A DNA stretch of 64,000 nucleotides from Candidatus Eiseniibacteriota bacterium (GTDB lineage: Bacteria; Eisenbacteria; RBG-16-71-46), in assembly GCA_044222065.1 (NCBI GenBank), contig JBGAOA010000014.1, positions 1 through 64,000 on the forward strand, written 5' to 3'. Numbering within the stretch: position 1 is the first letter of the stretch; the number at the start of each line of letters is the position of its first letter. The notes under the pieces are model-generated. The model ran no database searches and was not told the origin of the DNA. It saw only the letters and a program-made list of their open reading frames with translations. A program made the translations under genes and the position numbers. Below are positions 57,196 to 64,000 of this stretch, in pieces.

Positions 57196-60130
57196 CACGC
57201 CGCATCGCGTGGGCCGTTGCGCTGGCCGTGACGTTCGGCGCCGCGCCGGCCGCGCGCGCGGCCGAGCCGTGGGCCGCTTGGAGCGTGCCCGACAGCGCGC
57301 TCGCCGCGGCGCTCCAGTCGGGCCGCGCGGCGCACGAGGCGACGTGGAACGCGCTGCTCGTCGCGGAGCTGCGCGCGCGGCTCTCGGGCGATCCGCGCGC
57401 CGCGGGGCTCCTCGAGCTCGCGCTGCGCGTCGCGCGCGCCGAGCCCGCGGCGCTCGGCAGCGGCATCGCGACGGACGCGATGAAGCTGCGCGCGCGCTGG
57501 TCGAAGGCCGAGATGCGCGAACGCGTGCTCGCCGCCGAGGCCGAATCGCTCGCGGTCGCGGCCGAGAACGCGCGCCGCGCCGACGACGCCGACCGGCTCT
57601 ACCCGGTCGCGCTCGCGCGATACCGCGCGTGCGGCGAGCGGCGCCGCGCGGCGTGGATGCTCGGCTTCCGCGGTCGCAACGCGTTCACGGCGGGACGCGT
57701 CGCCGACGCCGACGGCATCGTGCGCGAGGCGCTCGCGGCGCGGCGCGCTCGGCGACGCGCGCATGGTCGGCGCGAGCCTCTACGCTGGGCTCGATCGCGA
57801 TCGCGGCCGAGCGCTGGGCCGACGCGCTCGCGTTCGCGGGCGAAGCGTGCGAGGTGCGCACCGGCACCGGCGAATGGGCGGGGCTCGGGCAGGCGCTCAA
57901 CAACCTCGCGCTCGCGCACCAGAATCTCGGCCGCCCGGACTCGGCCGCGGCCGCCTACGAGCGCGGCCTCGGCTACACGGTCGCCGCCGGGGACAGCGGG
58001 CGCACGCTCGAGCTGCTCGTCAACTACGGGACGCTGCTCGCGCACCGCGAGAACGACGCGCGCAGCGAGGCGATCCTCGCGCGCGCGCTGTCGCTCGCCC
58101 GCGCCCGCGGCGACCTGCCGAACGAGGCGCGCGCGCGCACCGGGCTCGCGCTGCGGCTCGTCGGCGCGGGCCGCTTCACCGAGGCGCGCGCGGCGCTCGA
58201 GCTGCCGGCGGGCGCCGAGGCGCGGCTCGGCGTGCGCGAGCGCACCGCGCTGTGGATCGAGCGCGGCCACGTCGAGCTCGCGCAGCAGAACGCGGCGGCC
58301 TCGCGCCCGGCGTTCGAGCGGGCGCTCGCGCTCGCGGACTCGAGCGGCGCCGTCGCCGCGCGCATCGACGCGCTCGACGACCTCGCGATCGCGGCACGGC
58401 TCGAGCGCGACCTCGCCGCGGCAGAGCGGCGCGCGCGCGCGGCGCTCGAGGCGGCCGTGGCGGCGGGCGACTCGTTCCGCGTGCGCCAGGTGTCGAGCAC
58501 GCTCGGCCAGATCGCTTCCGACCGCCGCGACGGCGCGGCCGCGCTCGCGTGGTTCGGCCGTGCGGCCGGGCTCGCGCCGACGGTCGCGCCAGGCAAGCTG
58601 CCCGAGGACCTCGTGAACCTGGGCGTCGTCGCGCGCGACGCGGGGCGGCTCGACGACGCCGCACGGCGATTCGAATCCGCACGCGACGCCGCGCTCGCCG
58701 CGGGCGCCACGGATCTCGTGTGGCCGGCGCTCATCGGGCTCGCCGACGTCGCGAAGACGCGCGGCGACCTCGCGGGCGCGCTCCGCTACGGCCGCGCGGC
58801 CGCGACGTGCATCGACACGCTGCGCGCGAAGCAGGGCGAACGGCAGGCGATCGGCGTGCTCGCGCGCCGCCGCTTCGCGGTGGACCAGCTCATCGACGTG
58901 CTCGCACGCCACGACGGCGCGCACCCCGACAGCGGATTCTCGGCCGAGGCGTTCGCGTGGGCGGAGCGCGCGCGGGCGCGGGCGCTGCTCGACCTCGTCG
59001 CTTCGCGCTCGGGCGAGGCGCCGCGTCTCGTCACGCTCGAAGCGACGCGCGCAACGCTCGCGAAGGACGAGGCGCTGCTCGAATACAGCGTCGGCGACTC
59101 GAGCACCGCGCTGTGGGTGATCACGCGCCGCGGCTCCACGCTGCACGTGCTGCCGGGACGCGCGGCGCTTCAGGCGCGCGTCGGGCCGCTGCGGCGCGGG
59201 CTCGCGGATCCCGAGCGCGCGCTCGCGGGCGCGTCGCTCGACGCCGCCTTCGGCCTGTACCGGATCGCGCTCGAGCCGGCGCGCCGCTCGCTGCGCGGCG
59301 CGAAGCGGCTCGTCGTTTCGGCCGACGGGCCGCTGTCGCTCGTGCCGTTCGAGGCGCTGCTCACGGCCGAGCCCCGGCGCGGCTCCGACGGCGAAACTCG
59401 CCCGCCCGCGGCGCGCGACTGGCTCGCCTCGGCCTTCGACGTCTCGTACGCGTTCTCGGCCTCGGCGCGCGCGGCCGAGGCCGCGCGGCCGGGCGCGGCG
59501 GGGCGCGGCGTCGTCGCGGTCGGCGACGCGCGCTTCGCGGGCCGGCTTTCGGCGCTGCCGAACACCGCGCGCGAACTCGAGACGCTGCGCCGGCTCGCCG
59601 GGACGCGCCCCTTCGCGGCGCTCGCGGGCGCGGCGGCGACGCGCGACTCGGTGCGCGCGCTCCCGGCGCTCCGGACGGCCGCGCTCGTCCACTTCGCGAC
59701 GCACGGCGAAGCGAACGAGATCGAGCCCGACCGCTCGGGACTGTGGCTGAGCCCCGCCGCGGGCGACAGTCTGCCCGGGTTCCTGGACGTCGCCGACGTG
59801 CGCGGACTCGCGCTCGACGCGTCGCTCGTCACGCTGTCGGCGTGCGAGACCGGGCTCGGCCGCCTCGAGCGCGGCGAGGGCGTGGTCGGGCTCACGCGCG
59901 CGTTCGTCGCGGCCGGCGCGCGCAGCGTGCTCGTGAGCCTGTGGAAGGTGGACGACCGTTCGACCGAGTTCCTGATGAGCGCCTTCTACGAGGGCCTGCT
60001 CGAAAAGGGGCTGCCGAGCGATCGCGCGCTCGCGCGCGCGCGCCGTTCGCTGCTCGCGTCACCGGGAACGCGGGCGCCGTTCCACTGGGCGGCCTTCGTG
60101 CTCGCCGGCGCTCCGGGCCCGCTCGACTGA
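57192..60130 (+). pseudogene. Secreted TPR-CHAT (caspase-like) protease with two apparent frameshifts at about 57747 and 57781 (real or assembly error)
   Basis: GTG start overlaps the antiporter stop; signal peptide and TPRs lie in one frame, MVGASL in a second, and the TPR plus CHAT region (HFATHG, LSACETG, SLWKVDD, PFHWAAF) in the third. Confidence 0.8.
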
Positions 60131-60146
60131 TCCGCCCGGGAACGGC

Positions 60147-60179
60147 GCGGCGCCCGGACGACGAGCGTCCGGGCGCCGC
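60147..60179. terminator. Hairpin between convergent genes
   Basis: GCGGCGCCCGGACG-acgag-CGTCCGGGCGCCGC 14-bp stem. Confidence 0.6.
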
Positions 60180-60193
60180 TCGCTCGCCTCGCG

Positions 60194-60619
60194 TCAGCGC
60201 TTCCCGCGCGGCTTCACGACCTCCACGTCCGGTCCCCGGCGCCGCTGTCCCGCAGGCTCGACGATCACCTTGCGCGCGGCGCTCGGGTGATGACGCCAGT
60301 GACGCTGCGGCACGTTCGTCACCGCGACGGGCACGAGCCGCGTCTCGCACGACTCGAACGGGCCCTTCCAGTGGCGCGCGCGATACCAGTGTCCGCCGCG
60401 CCAGCCGTACCACCAGCCGCCGTGACGGAAGCAGTCCCAGTCCCAGTCGTCCTGCACGACCCACACGGTCGTGCGCGGCACGAGCACCACGTGCGGTTCG
60501 CGCGCGATCACCGGCGGAGTGGAGTCGCCGATCTGGACGTTCACCGAAACGCTCGTGCCCGCGGCGGCCGCGGACGCGATCGTGAGGCCGAGCAAAGCGG
60601 CGACGAGGCGTCGCTTCAT
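60194..60619 (-). CDS. Small secreted Trp-rich hypothetical protein
   Basis: RBS AAGGAG; signal peptide; VSVNVQIG..PP, GGWWY.WRGGHWYRA..W.GP. Confidence 0.75.
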   Translation of the reverse strand: MKRRLVAALLGLTIASAAAAGTSVSVNVQIGDSTPPVIAREPHVVLVPRTTVWVVQDDWDWDCFRHGGWWYGWRGGHWYRARHWKGPFESCETRLVPVAVTNVPQRHWRHHPSAARKVIVEPAGQRRRGPDVEVVKPRGKR

Positions 60620-60676
60620 CGTGGTCTCCTTTCGGCCGGACGGGCGCGGAGGGCGCCGCCGGACACCCCGGCACGC

Positions 60677-60692
60677 TGCAGCCCACGTGCCA
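60677..60692 (-). promoter_or_regulatory. sigma54-type promoter
   Basis: TGGCACGTGGGCTGCA (TGGCACG-N4-CTGCA), about 58 nt upstream of the ATG. Confidence 0.55.
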
Positions 60693-61049
60693 CGCGGCCT
60701 CCGGCGGCGCCCAAGTCGCTGCGGCGGGGCGCGAAGAACGCGTGGCACGGCGCCGCACGCGCCGCGAAGGCGGTGCATTTCGCACGCGCCGTCGCGCAAA
60801 GCGGAGGGCGCGAGCCGCGCCTCGGGTGATTTCGCGCGAGCCGGCCCGAGCGCGAACGAGTCGCGGCGCGCGGGATGCGCGGCCAGGGCGCGGTGCGCGC
60901 GCGCCGCGCCCCGCACTCGTGACCGCGAAACCCCGCGTTCGTCCCGGTGATTTGCGCCCCTTTCTTCGAGGTCTTGTCGCGCCTCGGAGCGCGGCCCCGA
61001 CCTCACCGCTCGCACGGTCGTCCGCCACGCCTGCCACCGAGGAGTTCCC

Positions 61050-64000
61050 ATGCCCGACGCTCCCTCGCGCGCGCGCCGTCCGCGCGCGTCCGGCCCGCTC
61101 GTCGCCGCACTCGCCGCGGCGCTCGCGCTCGTTCCCACCGCACGCGCCGCGACGCCGCGCGTCCACGCGATCGTGGGCGCGCGCATCGTGCCCGCGCCCG
61201 GCGTCGTGATTCCGCGCGGCACCGTCGTGATGCGCGACGGCATCGTCGTCGCGTGCGGCGCGAACGTCGTCGTGCCCGCCGACGCGCGCGTGTGGAACGG
61301 CGACAGCCTCACGGTCTACGCCGGGCTCATCGACGCGTTCGTGACGCCGGCCGATCCGCCCGCGGCGCCGGGCCGTCCCGCCGGCGGTCCTCCCGGCCGC
61401 CCCGTGCCGGCCGATCCCAATGCGCCCGGACGCGGCGCGGCCTCGGCGCTCGCCTCGGTCGCGCCCGAGTTCCGGGTCGCTCAGAACCTGCCGCTCGCGA
61501 AGGAGCAGCTCGAGAACCTGCGCGCGGCGGGCTTCGCGCTCGCGCAGGTCGCGCCGCGCCGCGGCATCGTGCGCGGTCAGTCGGCGGTCGTCGGGCTCGG
61601 CGACGGCAGCGCGAACGCGAACGTCGTGCGCGCCGACGCGGCGCAGGTGGTCTCGATCGAACCCGTGCCCCAGGCCTACCCGGGCTCGCTCATGGGCGCG
61701 ATCGCGGTGATCCGTCAGACGTTCCTCGATGCCGCGTGGTACCGCGACGCGAACGCCGCGTACGCGCGCAACGCGGCGCGCGCGCAGCGGCCGGACGCGA
61801 ACGTCTCGCTTCAGGCGCTGCAGGGCGCGCTCGCGGGGACGCAGCCCGTGCTGTTCGTCGCGGACGACATGCTCGAGGTGCTGCGCGCCGGTGCGCTCGC
61901 GAAGGAGGCCGACGTCGCGCCGTGGATCGTCGGGAACGGCGACGAGTACAAGCGGCCGGGCGCGATCGCCGCGATCGGCGCGCCGCTCGTCGTGCCGGTG
62001 AACTTTCCCGAGGCGCCCGAGGTGTCGGACGCGGACCTCGCGATGGACGTGACGACGGAGCAGCTCCGCCACTGGCAGAACGCGCCCGGGAACGCGGCGG
62101 AACTCGCGAAGCGCAACGTGGTGTTCGCGCTCACGTCGAACGGGCTCAAGGACGTGAAGGGCTTCCGCGCGAACGTGGCGAAGGCGGTCGCGCGCGGACT
62201 CGATCCGGCGCGTGCGCTCGCCGCGGTGACGACCGAGCCTGCGCGCATGCTCGGGCTCGGCGAACGCGCGGGAACGATCGCGCCGGGCCGCATCGCGAAC
62301 CTGACGGTGACGCGCGGCGAGCTGTTCTCGGAGCAGGGCGCCGTGCGCGAGGTGTGGGTGGACGGCAATCGCTACGAGGTCGCGAAGGACGAGACGACGC
62401 CGAAGGGCGAGTGGAGCGTGGACTGGGGTGCGGGCCCGCACGTGCTCATCGTGGCGGCGGACAAGGACACGACCGTGAAGCTCGTGCTCGGCGCCGACAC
62501 GCTGCGCGCGACGAACGTGGCGCTCGACGGAAAGCGCGCGCGCTTCACTCTGACCGCGCCCGGGAAGGCGGCCGAGGACTTCGACGTCACGGTCGCGAAC
62601 GACGCGATGACCGGCTCGCTCGCCGTGAAGGGGGCCGGCTCGCACGCCGTGAGCGGGCGCGCGATGAAGAAGGACGAGCGCAAGACCGCGCCGAAGGACG
62701 AACTCGTTCCGTCGCCCGCCGTGATGGGCAACACCGAGGCGTTCCGCGCGGCGGAGCCGACGCAGCAGACGGTGCTCGTGAAGAACGCCACGGTGTGGAC
62801 GGCCGGGCCGAAGGGCACGATCGCGAACGCCGACGTGCTCGTGCGCGGCGGCAAGTTCGCGGCCGTCGGCGCGAACCTCGCCGCGCCCGCGGGCGCGATC
62901 GTCGTGGACGGCACCGGCAAGCACGTCGCGCCGGGCGTCATCGACGAGCACAGCCACGCCGCGGTCCTCGGCAACGTCAACGAGTGCACGAACAACGTGA
63001 CGTGCGAGGTGCGCATCCAGGACGTCCTCAATTCCGAGAGCATCAACATCTACCGCCAGCTCGCGGGCGGCACGACGATCATGCACCTGCTCCACGGCTC
63101 GTGTAACGCGATCGGCGGGCAGTGCGCGGTGATCAAGAACAAGTGGGGCGGGGCGCCGGACGAGATCTTCATGGCGTCGGCGCCGCCGACGGTGAAGTTC
63201 GCGCTCGGCGAGAATCCGAAGCAGGCGAACTGGGGCGTCGAGCGCACGGGGCGCTATCCGCAGAGCCGCGCCGGCGTCGAGCAGTCCATCCGCGAGGCGT
63301 TCACGGCGGCGAAGGACTACCAGGCGCGCTGGGCCGAATACCGCGCGGGCAAGCGCGCGCTGCCGCCGCGCCGCGACCTTCAGCTCGACGCGCTCGTCGA
63401 GATCGTGACGGGCAAGCGGCTCGTGCACTGCCACTCGTACCGGCAGGACGAGATCCTCATGCTGATGCGGCTCGCCGAGGAGTTCGGATTCCGCATCAAC
63501 ACGTTCACGCACATCCTCGAGGGCTACAAGGTCGCCGACGAGATGGCGGCGCACGGCGCCTCGGGCATGGGCTTCACCGACTGGTGGCAGTACAAGCAGG
63601 AAGTGATCGACGCGATTCCGTGGAACGGCTGGCTGATGTGGGACCGCGGCGTGAACGTGGGCTTCAACTCCGACAGCGACGAGCTGGCGCGGCGCCTGAA
63701 CACCGAGGCCGCGAAGGCGATCAAGTACGGCGGCATGCCGCCCGAGGAGGCGATCAAGACCGTGACGATCAACCCGGCGCGTTCGCTCGAGATCGACGCG
63801 CGCGTCGGCTCGCTCGAGCCGGGCAAGGACGCCGACTTCGCGATCTGGAGCGGCTCGCCGCTGTCGCCCTACTCGCGCTGCGAGCAGACGTGGATCGAAG
63901 GCCGCAAGTACTTCGACCGCGCCGAGGACCTGGCCGGCCGCGAGGCGCTGGCGAAGGAGCGCGCCGCGCTGATCGCGCGCGCGCGGGCCGCGAAGGAGAG
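61050..64000 (+). CDS. Secreted double-domain amidohydrolase family protein, truncated at window end
   Basis: RBS GAGGAG; signal peptide; VYPGLIDA (first domain, no HxH), PGVIDEHSH, KFALGENPK, HCHSYR and GSLEPGKDADF motifs; open to 64000. Confidence 0.88.
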   Translation, partial: MPDAPSRARRPRASGPLVAALAAALALVPTARAATPRVHAIVGARIVPAPGVVIPRGTVVMRDGIVVACGANVVVPADARVWNGDSLTVYAGLIDAFVTPADPPAAPGRPAGGPPGRPVPADPNAPGRGAASALASVAPEFRVAQNLPLAKEQLENLRAAGFALAQVAPRRGIVRGQSAVVGLGDGSANANVVRADAAQVVSIEPVPQAYPGSLMGAIAVIRQTFLDAAWYRDANAAYARNAARAQRPDANVSLQALQGALAGTQPVLFVADDMLEVLRAGALAKEADVAPWIVGNGDEYKRPGAIAAIGAPLVVPVNFPEAPEVSDADLAMDVTTEQLRHWQNAPGNAAELAKRNVVFALTSNGLKDVKGFRANVAKAVARGLDPARALAAVTTEPARMLGLGERAGTIAPGRIANLTVTRGELFSEQGAVREVWVDGNRYEVAKDETTPKGEWSVDWGAGPHVLIVAADKDTTVKLVLGADTLRATNVALDGKRARFTLTAPGKAAEDFDVTVANDAMTGSLAVKGAGSHAVSGRAMKKDERKTAPKDELVPSPAVMGNTEAFRAAEPTQQTVLVKNATVWTAGPKGTIANADVLVRGGKFAAVGANLAAPAGAIVVDGTGKHVAPGVIDEHSHAAVLGNVNECTNNVTCEVRIQDVLNSESINIYRQLAGGTTIMHLLHGSCNAIGGQCAVIKNKWGGAPDEIFMASAPPTVKFALGENPKQANWGVERTGRYPQSRAGVEQSIREAFTAAKDYQARWAEYRAGKRALPPRRDLQLDALVEIVTGKRLVHCHSYRQDEILMLMRLAEEFGFRINTFTHILEGYKVADEMAAHGASGMGFTDWWQYKQEVIDAIPWNGWLMWDRGVNVGFNSDSDELARRLNTEAAKAIKYGGMPPEEAIKTVTINPARSLEIDARVGSLEPGKDADFAIWSGSPLSPYSRCEQTWIEGRKYFDRAEDLAGREALAKERAALIARARAAKE

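Noticed and set aside
1..64000. CRISPR arrays, tRNA/rRNA, IS elements, prophage or defence genes
   Set aside because: No regularly spaced repeats, cloverleafs, transposases or integrases are seen. The CHAT protein has a signal peptide and no Cas or defence neighbours.

Overview
A 64-kb, very GC-rich bacterial chromosomal segment from a diderm organism (OM beta-barrels, TolC, PEP-CTERM, FlgD-like C-terminal tails). An FCB-related lineage such as Ca. Eisenbacteria is plausible, but that is inference only. I count about 45 CDS and see no rRNA, tRNA, CRISPR array or mobile element. The left part (1-27 kb) holds surface and secreted proteins (S8 protease fragment, GT-C glycosyltransferase, two tandem ~800-aa orphan lipoproteins, a PEP-CTERM protein, two tandem secreted EEP-family nucleases/phosphatases, spherulin-4), an octaheme HAO-family cytochrome, a cysteine dioxygenase-YeiH pair and class II RNR nrdJ with a candidate structured RNA far upstream. 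The centre (27.8-55.5 kb) is a large redox island with 78 CxxCH motifs in 8 genes. It includes two divergent multiheme-c/cytochrome-b fusions (13 and 19 hemes), a Rieske/cytochrome b/9-heme/18-heme NapC-like operon, and an MtrA/MtrB-type porin-cytochrome pair. It is interrupted by hbd-ackA and a Cu/Ag CusCBA operon. The most notable observations are: (i) the bc-type cytochrome b lacks both heme-bH His ligands; (ii) a Cys-rich leader ORF ending in RAPP, a ribosome-arrest motif, precedes the cus operon; (iii) several sigma54-type promoters occur, one with a palindromic enhancer; (iv) the bacterial CDO has the mammalian-type Cys93. The right end has a CPA2 antiporter, a doubly frameshifted TPR-CHAT protease and a truncated double amidohydrolase.
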